From Azolla caroliniana (Eukaryota; Plantae; Polypodiophyta): DNA of 64,000 nt. The notes beneath the pieces were generated by a model that made no database searches, was not told the origin of the DNA, and saw only the letters and a list, made by a program, of their open reading frames with translations. Made by a program: the position numbers and the translations under genes. Location: positions 124,001 through 188,000 of the forward strand of contig JBHGNT010000020.1 of assembly GCA_043228905.1 (NCBI GenBank), written 5' to 3'. The number at the start of each line of letters is the position of its first letter. Positions within the stretch are counted from its first letter, which is position 1. Positions 22,706 to 33,022 of this stretch are shown here, piece after piece.

Positions 22706-25700
22706 TGCCATATCATGACACTATCCCCCCCTTTAAAACGACGAGTGTCACGAGTCGTCTTGGATTGAGGACCCGGTTTGTGTGGATATTGACGATGGAA
22801 GTCTTCAAGAAGAGCACGAGCATTGGTTACATTCTCGATCGGTTCCCAAGTACGTTCGCTGGGACTATAGCCTAGCCAATCGACTAGATAGTAGAGCTTG
22901 TTGCGAACAATCTTGGAATCAAGGATGGCGGCAACCTCGTACTCCGGCCCATCTTCAAGCTCGATCGGGGGTGGAGGTTGGATAAGACGTTCTGGGATGG
23001 TGCTCTCGTGGTAGGGTTCGAAGAGAGAACTATGAAACACCGGATGTATCCGAAGTTGAGGAGGTAGATCGAGACGAAAAGCGACATCATTAATCTTTCC
23101 AATAATACGGAAAGGACCTAATCGCCGATAATCCAACTTCTCACATGGGCGAGTAGTCTTGATGTGTCGTCGTAGCAGCCACACCCGATCTCCAATATTA
23201 AAACTAGATGGAAGTCGATGACGATCCGCGTAGACCTTGTGTGTTTGTTGAGCTTGCTGGAGATGAGTAGATAAATCCGCTTGTATCTTGCGTAACCGCT
23301 CCAAACGATCCTCCGCGCACGGATTTGTGGACACCTCTGGGGTTTCAAGTACACTCCACCGGGGGTGACATCCCGTATAAGCATAAAATGGCGTAACTTT
23401 AGTGGATGCGTGGATAGAGTTGTTATAGGCAAATTCGGCGAAGTGGAGAATATCTGCCCAGTTGTCCTGATGATAGCTGAGAAAGCACCGTAGATACTGC
23501 TCCAACGTTTGATTTGTTCGTTCAGCTTGGCCGTCAGTTTGTGGGTGGTAGCCGGAAGAGAGATTACAAGTGACCTTGAGCATGTTAAAAAGGTGCTTCC
23601 AAAATTTTGACACGAACTGGGGTCCACGGTCGCTGATGATACTATCGGGGAGTCCATGATGCCGACATACTTCACGCATGACAATTTCGGCAGTGTCTTC
23701 ACTAGAGATCTCCTTAGTACATGGCAAGAAATGAGCCATCTTCGTATATCGATCGACCACCGTTAGAATTGCATTGAACCCCTTAGAGACTGGAAGATCT
23801 GTGATGAAGTCTAGAGCAATGGATTGCCACGGCTTGCTTGGAATTGGTAATGGTTCTAATAAACCATATGGATGATGCTTTGGCATTTTCGCTCTGCAAC
23901 ATGTATCACAAGTCCGAACAAAATCCTCGACAAATTGTCGCATACAGGGCCACCAGAATGATCGTTGTACTAAATGTAATGTTTTAGTACTACCAAAATG
24001 CCCAGCTGTATATGTGTCATGACAGTTTTGTACTACTCGAAGGCGGCAAGAACCATTAGGAACATACAAAAGTTCTTTAAAGAAGAGTAATCCATCATGG
24101 TATTTGAATTGCCGATAGTCCGTACCTGGTGGTTGCGACTGTGAACACGACGCTCGAGAGGGATCAATTTGTGCTAGTATAGCTTGGGCGAACGCATCTG
24201 TCTTCAAGTCTTCACGTATGGTATCGATAACGCGGGAATCCATAGGCATGTCAAAGATTTGTGTTGCTTGTAGTCGTGCCGGTCCCAAGATGACTTGTTT
24301 TTGGTTATCGAAAGCTGGCTCGCCAGGACGGGGTGCTAGATACGAACGCCGTGATAATGCATCTGCCTTCCCTTGGTGCCTCCCCGGACGATATGTAATT
24401 TTGAAGTCGAAACGCGTGAGGAAGTGGGCCCACCGAGCTTGACGTCGATTCAGCACACGAGCATCCTGAAAGTAGGCAAGATTCTTGTGGTCACTAAATA
24501 CGGTGACTGGATGAGAGGATCCCTCCAGAAAATGCCTCCATTGCATAAAAGAATCCACTATTGCCAATAGCTCCTTATCATGAATTTCGTAGTTGATTTC
24601 GGCGGCATCAAACTTGCGTGAGTGAAAAGCCACAGGATGTAGCTTTTCATCATTCCCCTGTTGTGACAGAATGCTCCCCAATGCAAAATCCGATGCGTCA
24701 GCTTCGATAATGAATGGTTTCTCCGGATCGACATGAGCTAGAATTGGAGCCGATGTAAATGCTTTTTTAAGACTCTCGAAAGCCATGTCCGTTGCTTCAG
24801 ACCAGATGAACGGTTGTCCCTTCCTGGTAAGTTGTGTGAGAGGTAGAACGATCTTTGAGTAATCTTGTATGAACTTCCGGTAAAAATTGGCAAAGCCTAA
24901 GAAGCATTGCACATCCCGTACCGAACGCGGAGTCTGCCATTCTACCACCGTTTTGACCTTAGTTGGGTCCATGGAGATGCCTTTTGACGAAATGATGTAG
25001 CCGAGAAATTCCACTTGGTTGCACCCGAAACTACATTTTTCTAGCTTTGCATATAGACCATGTTCTCGAAGTCGTTTTAGTACTAATAGTACATGAGAAT
25101 CATGTTCTTCTTGGGTCTTTGAATAAACCAGTAGATCATCCAAATAGATGATCAAACAATCATCCAATAGATCTCGGAATATATCATTAGCCATGTGCTG
25201 GAAGACTGCCGGCGCATTAGTGAGGCCGAACGGCATGACAGTATACTCGAAGTGCCCATATCTGGTGCGAAACGCGGTCTTCCATTCGTCTCCTGGTCGG
25301 ATCCGTACGAGGTTATATGCTCCCCGTAAGTCGATCTTCGTGAAGAACCTGGCACCATTGATCCGTTCTAAAAGACTTGAGATAAGGGGAAGAGCATACC
25401 TATTCCTGATTGTAACCTTATTTAAGCCACGGTAATCTACAACGAGACGAAGCGATCCATCTTTTTTCTTGACGAAGAAAATGGGCGCACCGGCTGGAGA
25501 TTTCGAATGTCGAATGAAACCATTTTCCAAATTCTCCTCTATATAGGCACGAAGGACTTCCAGCTCGGTTGGTGACAAATTGTAGATCGGTCCCCATGGC
25601 GGCTCTTTTCCCGGTTGTAAATCGATGGGGCAATCGTACGGTCGATGATGAGGAAGTGTGTTGGCTTGTACTTTATCGAACACATCGGTGTAATGACGAT

Positions 25701-26271
25701 ACTTCTCGGGAAGTTGAACGGTGGATTCTTCTTTAGTGGTGTTGGAGGGGTTTACTGATATTGCAAAGAGGAACATTTCCTCCTTGTGCCCTTCTTTACG
25801 CAACTGACGTAGCGAAATGGTTGCCATCTTCTTAGTTGACCCTTGGGTTTGTCGACACCGGATTTCTCTTGTTCTCCAATCTATGTCAGGGTTATGTAAC
25901 TCGAACCACGGTAGTCCTAAAACTATAGGATGTTCTGGGATACTAATAATATTAAATGATACTACACATGCTAAGTTATCTAGGACAATATTAATGGGCT
26001 CTGACTCTTCTAGGATATTTCCGGAAGCAATGGGACGTCCATCAATGACTACTACAGAGGCTGGACACTGGAGTTTTCTTAGGGATATCTTATGAGCTTG
26101 AGCAAATTTCTTATCCATAAAGCAAGAGTTAGCTCCGGAATCTAGGAGTGCTAGGACATGTACTGGAGGGGTACTTTTAGTACTAATTATTACTTGGGCT
26201 ACAAATACATCACTAACTTGCTTAGAGGGAATGGAACCACTAATGGGCTGCACAGATCTAGGGCTGTCCAA
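22690..26271 (-). CDS. pol: Pol polyprotein: protease, RT, RNase H, integrase, chromodomain
   Basis: LLDSGAN; MPFGLTNAPA, YLDD; EADASD, YEIHDKEL; HFG..CDTC, SDRGPQF, LGPF; YEVAAILDSK..YYLVDWLGY..TWEP; 1193 aa open, in the -1 frame relative to gag. Confidence 0.96.
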   Translation of the reverse strand: MDSPRSVQPISGSIPSKQVSDVFVAQVIISTKSTPPVHVLALLDSGANSCFMDKKFAQAHKISLRKLQCPASVVVIDGRPIASGNILEESEPINIVLDNLACVVSFNIISIPEHPIVLGLPWFELHNPDIDWRTREIRCRQTQGSTKKMATISLRQLRKEGHKEEMFLFAISVNPSNTTKEESTVQLPEKYRHYTDVFDKVQANTLPHHRPYDCPIDLQPGKEPPWGPIYNLSPTELEVLRAYIEENLENGFIRHSKSPAGAPIFFVKKKDGSLRLVVDYRGLNKVTIRNRYALPLISSLLERINGARFFTKIDLRGAYNLVRIRPGDEWKTAFRTRYGHFEYTVMPFGLTNAPAVFQHMANDIFRDLLDDCLIIYLDDLLVYSKTQEEHDSHVLLVLKRLREHGLYAKLEKCSFGCNQVEFLGYIISSKGISMDPTKVKTVVEWQTPRSVRDVQCFLGFANFYRKFIQDYSKIVLPLTQLTRKGQPFIWSEATDMAFESLKKAFTSAPILAHVDPEKPFIIEADASDFALGSILSQQGNDEKLHPVAFHSRKFDAAEINYEIHDKELLAIVDSFMQWRHFLEGSSHPVTVFSDHKNLAYFQDARVLNRRQARWAHFLTRFDFKITYRPGRHQGKADALSRRSYLAPRPGEPAFDNQKQVILGPARLQATQIFDMPMDSRVIDTIREDLKTDAFAQAILAQIDPSRASCSQSQPPGTDYRQFKYHDGLLFFKELLYVPNGSCRLRVVQNCHDTYTAGHFGSTKTLHLVQRSFWWPCMRQFVEDFVRTCDTCCRAKMPKHHPYGLLEPLPIPSKPWQSIALDFITDLPVSKGFNAILTVVDRYTKMAHFLPCTKEISSEDTAEIVMREVCRHHGLPDSIISDRGPQFVSKFWKHLFNMLKVTCNLSSGYHPQTDGQAERTNQTLEQYLRCFLSYHQDNWADILHFAEFAYNNSIHASTKVTPFYAYTGCHPRWSVLETPEVSTNPCAEDRLERLRKIQADLSTHLQQAQQTHKVYADRHRLPSSFNIGDRVWLLRRHIKTTRPCEKLDYRRLGPFRIIGKINDVAFRLDLPPQLRIHPVFHSSLFEPYHESTIPERLIQPPPPIELEDGPEYEVAAILDSKIVRNKLYYLVDWLGYSPSERTWEPIENVTNARALLEDFHRQYPHKPGPQSKTTRDTRRFKGGDSVMIWQDSNP

Positions 26272-26297
26272 CCAAACGGCTCCTATTTTGGCTGGAC

Positions 26298-27449
26298 TTA
26301 GTCGTTTAACTCTTCTTCTAACTGACTAAGGACATCAAATTTGTTTGCTAGATCTGGGATATTAGTACTATTAGGACTATCAGATATCCCTACTGAAATA
26401 GGCTCGGATTTAGTACAATTAGAACTAGCGACTATTTGGTTTACCTGTCTTCTTGGCCTATGGGGGCAATTTATTGCGATATGTCCTGGTCCACCGCAGT
26501 AAAGACATAGTCGATTTGTACGGCGTCGCTGCTTTTCTTCTTCGGATAATGGCCCTCGACGACGTGTAGTGTCAATCTCCATCGGAGTCGGAGTATTCGT
26601 TGGAGGCGCATTATATGACTCCCTCGGAAAAGGTCTTGCTACCACTGAGGCGTAGGTGGGCTCTGATCTTGCCCTTGGCATCTGTAGCTGTCGTTCCGAA
26701 CGTCGCTCAAAGAGGCGGTTGTCACATCTCACCGCGCGACTGATTGCTTCTGTTAGGGACTTTGGCTCTTCGAGGAAGGTCAAGAGTAAATCCTTGACGT
26801 CGTTGCGTAAACCATAACGGAATTGCTCCATCAACGCTTGATCATCCCAAGGGATATCGGCGGCGAGTAGGCGAAAATCTGCAGCGTATGCGGAGGCTGG
26901 ACGGTCACCTTGGCGTAATCGCCGGATTTTGTTGATTGCGGTCCTGATGCTGTCAGTATCTCCGAAACATGCTTTAAACTCACCTAGAAACTCTTCAAAA
27001 TTGTTGAGTAACGGAGATTCCTTTTCTAATAGTGGAGCGAACCATGACAACGCTGAGCCACTTAACAAAGTGCCTACTAAACCCACTCGTGATGCATCGG
27101 TGGGATATCGGGAAGGATGCATTTGAATAACTAATCGTACCTGGTTAAGGAACCCTCTAAACTGCGATCGCGTTCCGTCGAATTTTGTGGGAAGGCCAAT
27201 CTTAGGTTCTTTATGAATCCCTTGTGTTCCGGGCCCGTGTTGTTGCATCGCTACGATGGTGGCTTCGAGTTGTTGCACGCGTAACGCAAGTTCCCCATGC
27301 TGTTGTTGCGTTTGCTGCTTTTCTAAGGAGATTTGCTGAAGATCCCCCAGCAACCGTTGGTTTTCTTGTTCCAAAGCATGGAACTTCTCCTTCAAGCATT
27401 GAAATTCCGAGAAAACAGATTGATATTCTTCAGCGCTAACAGTGGCCAT
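26298..27449 (-). CDS. gag: Gag (coiled coil, capsid, CCHC knuckle)
   Basis: LPTKFDG, LRQG, PTPMEID, CLYCGGPGHIAINC; 383 aa intact. Confidence 0.95.
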   Translation of the reverse strand: MATVSAEEYQSVFSEFQCLKEKFHALEQENQRLLGDLQQISLEKQQTQQQHGELALRVQQLEATIVAMQQHGPGTQGIHKEPKIGLPTKFDGTRSQFRGFLNQVRLVIQMHPSRYPTDASRVGLVGTLLSGSALSWFAPLLEKESPLLNNFEEFLGEFKACFGDTDSIRTAINKIRRLRQGDRPASAYAADFRLLAADIPWDDQALMEQFRYGLRNDVKDLLLTFLEEPKSLTEAISRAVRCDNRLFERRSERQLQMPRARSEPTYASVVARPFPRESYNAPPTNTPTPMEIDTTRRRGPLSEEEKQRRRTNRLCLYCGGPGHIAINCPHRPRRQVNQIVASSNCTKSEPISVGISDSPNSTNIPDLANKFDVLSQLEEELND

Positions 27450-27621
27450 GGGATGAAAGAAAAGAGGAATAAAAGATTAGTAGGAAATGAGAGAGACAGA
27501 AGGTAGGGAAAATTGGTTCAAACTGTCATGAACAGTACTGAGACAGAGAAGGAATCAGTACTAAACGAAGGAGTAGTACTACGAGAGGTGTGAACTTCTT
27601 CGAGAGAAGGGAGAAGTGAGT

Positions 27622-27683
<62 letters not shown>

Positions 27684-27982
27684 TGATAAGAAAGATATTT
27701 ATTATATGAAGAGAATATACAACGGCGGCTAAAAGGCTTAAGACTGGCGTTGAACCAATTTGGTTCAACATAATGCCTAGTGCCCTCTTTTATAGTGTTT
27801 TCAGGAGTAATCCTGAAGCTTCTAGAATGTTCCAGAGAAATCTGGAATATACACTAATTTCCTATAATAAAATGTAAATGAAAATAATATCCTACGTATT
27901 ACAATAGATGGTCTAATGGTCAAGAGCTCGACCCATATAACCTAAGGTCATGGGTTCGAGTCTTCCCATATCATGACACCTA

Positions 27983-29075
27983 GCAGCTAATTAGCTGGTA
28001 ATAGCTAGTTAGCTAATATGGTAGCTAATTAGCTATAGTCATAGACAACTAATTAGCTATTCTAGTAGCTAAATAGCTATGATTGGTAGCTAATTAGCTA
28101 TTCTGGTTGCTAATTAGCTATCCTAACAGCTAAATTAGTTGGTAATAGTTAAATTAGCTGGTAATAACTAATTAGCTATTGGGAATAGTTAGTTAGCTAT
28201 TCTAGTAGCTAAATAGCTATGATTGGTAGCTAATTAGCTGGTAATAGCTAAATTAGCTATTACGAATAGCTAGTTAGCTAATTAGCTATAGTCATATGCA
28301 ACTAATTAGCTAGTTAGTAGTTAGCTATTTTGGTAGCTAATTAGCTAGTCATACACAACTAATTAGCTATTCTGGTAGCTAAATAACTATGCTCATATTC
28401 CTAGGTAGCTAATTAGCTATAGTCAAAGGCATCTAATTAGCTATTATGGTAGCTAATTAGCTATCCTAGTAGCTAATTAGCTGGCAATAACTAAATTAGC
28501 TATTAGGAATAACTAGTTAGCTATTTTGGTAGCTAATTAGCTATAGTCATACACAATTTATTAGCTATTCTGGTAGTTAAATAACTATGCTCATATTCTT
28601 AGGTAGCTAATTAGCTATTCTAGTAGGGGATTAGCTATTATGGTAGCTAATTAGCTATAGTCATAAGCAACTAATTAACTATTGTGGTAGCTAAATAGCT
28701 ATGATTGGTAGCTAATTAGCTATTCTAGTAGCTAAATAGCTATGTTCGATGTTCTTAGGTAGCTAATTAACTATTCTGGTAGCGAATTAGCTAGTAATAG
28801 CTAAATTAGCTATTGGCAATCGCTATTAAGCTATTACTAGTAGCTAGTTAGCTATGTTCATATTCTGAGGTAGCTAATTAGCTATTCTGGTAGCTAATTA
28901 GCTATTACTGGTAGCTAGTTAGCTATGGTCATATTCTGAGGGAGCTAATTAGTTATTCTGGTAGCTAATTAGTTATTACTATTAGTTAGTTAGCTATGGT
29001 CATATTCTGAGGTAGGTAATTAGCTATTCTGGTATGGTCATATTCAGAGGTAGCTAATAAGCTAACTAACTAAGC
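27983..29075. repeat. About 1.1-kb degenerate array of TAGCTAATTAGCTA palindromes (continues at 22165-22241), within the predicted transposase intron
   Basis: Dozens of copies directly visible. Confidence 0.92.
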
Positions 29076-29113
29076 TCAAAAGTCAAAACAAATGTTGAGA
29101 TAAATGTAAATAC

Positions 29114-29752
29114 CTGAGGTACATCAAGAAGATGAATGGGATGCTCCTCGTATTGACTTCTTCCAACACGTTTCCTGCATAAATCCTTCTTATTGGGTGA
29201 AACCCTACTCTCATTAGTCCAAAATATTGTGATTATATACTTGATTTTTTATGTTATGGGTGTCATTGGCTTACATCTTGTTGTCAGCTTTATTAGACTA
29301 GTTCCTTCACCCGAGGAAACTATCCTGTTCAATGTATTGTACACACTTTTTCTACTAACACCAATTACCTTAGATAGCACACTAATGTTAATATCGTCAA
29401 CATCACTATTAAGTAACATCATTAGACTAGGCCTTTTTAAGACAAGATCATCTTCTGACCTGCTCATGGATACGAAACTATTACGGAGATTATTTACTAG
29501 TACAAATGTTATGTTTGCATTAAGACCATCACAATCAACTAACTCCTTTATCGATGGATCATTTAATATTCCATAAAGTACTACCTTCTTGTCTTCATTG
29601 TTGATGTGCTTGGTTTGAACATTGAAATAGTCTACAGCCTTTCTCTCTATGATAGTAGTCTCATTACTTCCATTCTCAGTGATATTTAGACCTATATCGC
29701 AACCAATACTATCTTTACCTTTAGTGAGTGTGGCTTTCGTATCCTTTGACAA
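29114..29752 (-). pseudogene. Transposase upstream exon with HTH-like segment
   Basis: SVLSKVIGVSRKSVYN; in frame past one TAA (29249-29251) to FWTNESRVSPNKKD...HLLDVPQ, ending at the CAG|GTATTT donor. Confidence 0.65.
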
Positions 29753-30029
29753 TTGATGATGTTTTTTTTTTTCTGCCCAATACTTTCGTATCGCTTGTTG
29801 TGTCCTGATAGCATCATCCTTATCCTAATGATCATTGAGGGGTAATTCTAAATACACTCCTCTTTCCCTTCCATTTGGCTTGATGGGTTTAAACCCTAAT
29901 TTTCCCGAAAAAAAAGACACGTATTAAAGATGGCTTTGGGCAACAACAATACACAAAAATATTCCGAAATACACAAGATTATACACAACAATACACAAGA
30001 TAATCAATAGACAGAATAGTTATTGAAAT

Positions 30030-31015
30030 CCAAGACCGAACAATGGCGGTAATCCAAGGCCGAATAGTGGCGGCAACTGAGTGTAGAATGGCGGTAGTGG
30101 AGGAGTGAACTCCGTTTGATCGAACAGTTTTGGCAATCCAGGACCGAACAATGGCGACAACTGAGCGTAGAATGATGGCAATGGAGGAGTGAATTCCGTC
30201 AGATCGAACAATGGTAGATGATGCTTGGAACACACAATGACGACAACTGAGAGTAGAATGGTAGTAGTGGAGAAGGAGTGAACTCCTTCGGATCGAAAAG
30301 TTGTAGCAATACACGACCGAACAATAGTGGCAACTGAGTGTAGAATGATGGCAATGGAAAAGTGGCAGCAATTCGGGATCGAACAATAACGGCAATTGAG
30401 TGTAGAATGATGGCAATGGAGGAGTGAAATCCGTTCAGATCGAACATTGGCAGATGATGCTTGGAACGCACAATGATGACAATTGAGAGTACAATGGTGG
30501 TGGTGGAGAAGGAGTGAACTCCCTCGGATCGAAAAGTGGCAGCAATACACGATCGAACTGTAGCGGCAACTAAGTGTACAATGATGGCAATGCATGAGTG
30601 AACTCCGTCAAATCGAAAAGTGCCAGCAATCCAGGACCGAATAGTAGCGGCAATTGAGTGTAGAATGATGGCAATGGAGGATTGAACTCCATCAGATCGA
30701 ACAGTGGCAGATGATGCTTGGAACACACAATGATGGCAACTGAGAGTAGAATGGCGGCAATGGAGAAGGAGTTAACTCCGTCGGATCAAAAAGTGGCAAC
30801 AATATACAACCTTCATAGTAGCGGCAACTGAGTGTAGAGTGGTGGCAATGGAGGATTGAACTTGGCGGATGATGCTTGGACTGAACAGTGGTGTCAACTG
30901 AGTGTAGAAGGGCAGCAATGGAGGAGTGAACTCCGTCGGATCGAATAGTGGTAGATAATACTTGGACCGCACAATGTTGGTAACTGAGTGTAGAATGGTG
31001 GCAATGGAGAAGTGG
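30030..31015. repeat. Tandem array of about 84-87 bp monomers with a three-monomer higher-order pattern
   Basis: About 12 recurrences of caactgagtgtagaat...ggagtgaactccg...gatcgaa. Confidence 0.88.
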
Positions 31016-33022
31016 ACTCAATAGGGTTTAGCAACAGTCGTAGTATTCTAAGCGAGAATACTCAACCAGAGATGGCCCACATGATGTGGCAAAGGATCAT
31101 GCATAATGGACCGAGGAATTCGGTATATAATTTATGGTGCACATATCAATTTATGTTGCACATTTAGGTGCTCATTTATATAATTAAAACTCTCTACTAT
31201 TTTCAATAGTAGCTTTTTGCATAGCTAATCTATCAATGGTAGCTTTTTGCAAAAATGACTATTTATCAATGGTAGATTTTTGCATAGCTAATTAGCTATG
31301 TCAAGGACATAGCTAATTGTTTCCACTCGCATGCTTTCACCCCTTGATCATTCTTGTACAGTGTCTATGAGAGAGAGAGAGAGAGAGAAAATGTAATAAC
31401 AAAGCTTCCATTAAAGCTTAAACCGCATATATCTTCTGTCTATTCTCGTGTCTTCCTTCTGTGTTGTTTGTTGAACACTATGACAAATCCTCACACATAT
31501 GTTTCTGCACATAATCATCCCCTCAAGCGGTATCAAAGCGACCCGCGGCTCGGCGGCAACAAACAACAGAAAAAGCTAAAAGGAAAAAGACCAGGTTAGT
31601 AAAATCTCACTTTCAAAGAAGAACGTGGCTTCAACATTTGGAACAAGAGTTAAAATCAGAAAATTCGATGGCAAAAACTTTCCCCTATGGAACGAGATGA
31701 TGGAGGACATGCTGATCATCAGAAGACAAGTCGAAGCCATTCGACACAGTGAAAAACTTGCCTCGATGACAACCGAAGAGTGGAGATTTATAGACGAAAT
31801 CGCATGCTCCACCATCCGAATGCATCTTGCCGAAAATGTATACTTCCGCATGGCAAAAGATATGATAATGTTCTCATTGTGGGAGAAGCTACAAGCCGTG
31901 TACGAAAAAAAATCCTCATCTTCAAAACTGATTTTGATCAAACAACTGCTCAACATGAAGATGAGAGAGACCGATTTGGTTACCTCCCATATCAACACCT
32001 TCAGACGGGTGTTGTTAGAACTCTCCTCACAAGGGATCAACTTCGAAGAAGAAGTGAAAACCCTTGCCCTCCTATCGAGCTTGCCGGTGAGTTGAGAGGT
32101 ATTCTGCATGTCATATGCCAATAGCCGACCGATCCTAAACTTGGATGAGAAGATTGGCCAAGTCCTCACCAAGGACATTCGGCAAAAATCAATGGGACTC
32201 ACCATCGACAAGTCGGAAGAAGCCCAACACTTGACTGAGTCGTTCGACCGATTGAGTCGATCTGGACAACAAGTCGATAGATCCGGTCGACACCATAGTC
32301 GATCGAAAACAAGGGGAGACCGACAACGGTCGAAGTCGAGAACGGGCCGATCAAGCGAATTCTGCACACATTGCAGAAAAGTTCGGCACAATGTTTCCTA
32401 CTGCTGGTTGATCAAGAGGAAAGAGAGTGTTCGGCAATCCAAGCGGAATCGAGGACGACCCTTCTTGGACCACTATCTAGTCGGAAACAAAATCTACGTT
32501 GCCGACACCCGACCATGACAAATTCTCTCTCTAGAGGATTCAGTGATCGGAGAAGTCCTCTACAGTGCACAAGATGCACACACATGGTTACTAGGTTCCG
32601 GTGCCACATTCCACATGACCCTAATATTGAATGGTTTTCGAACTATTCAGTCGACGCCAACGACATAGTCCGACTAGGCAACGGGCATGAGTGCAGAATC
32701 ACAAGGACAGGAGAGGTTCCCATCTGGTTGTATAATGGCAACACAATAACCTTGGGCCGTGAATGTAGCCGAAAAGACCGACTAAAACCTATGGTATGGC
32801 CGACTCGGCCATATGCGTCAAGCCGGACTCGATCGGCTAATGGCGGTTGGCTACATCCCTAAACTCCAAGCAAAGACGAACTTCTGCGAGCATTGTCGAT
32901 ACGGGAAATAGACCCGAAGTCTGCACTCTCTTCAGTATGAGACGGTATGACAACCCCTAGAACTCGTGCACACAGATATATGTGGGCCCATGCCAAAGTG
33001 ATCAATAGGAGGCTCCCGGTAC

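Larger units (their letters stand above)
22242..27978 (-). mobile_element. Apparently intact Ty3/gypsy chromovirus (Tcn1-like)
   Basis: LTRs 22242-22720 and 27524-27978 differ by (GA)n length and one substitution seen; TSD CCTAG (22237-22241, 27979-27983); PPT rc aaagggggggatag at 22721-22734; intact gag and pol. Confidence 0.97.
15690..31343 (-). mobile_element. Large decayed DNA transposon with spliced Sola2-like DDE transposase; left end lost, right terminus about 31343; hosts two young LTR elements
   Basis: Transposase-like motifs (see exon features); shared TAGCTAATTAGCTA repeats throughout; abrupt junction at 31343 into the middle of a Copia LTR (compare intact LTR at 46811); terminus reads GGGGTGAAAGC on minus. 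Left boundary is uncertain. Confidence 0.6.

Noticed and set aside
27983-29075. CRISPR-like array
   Set aside because: Spacers are short, themselves repetitive and irregular; eukaryotic TE context with no cas genes
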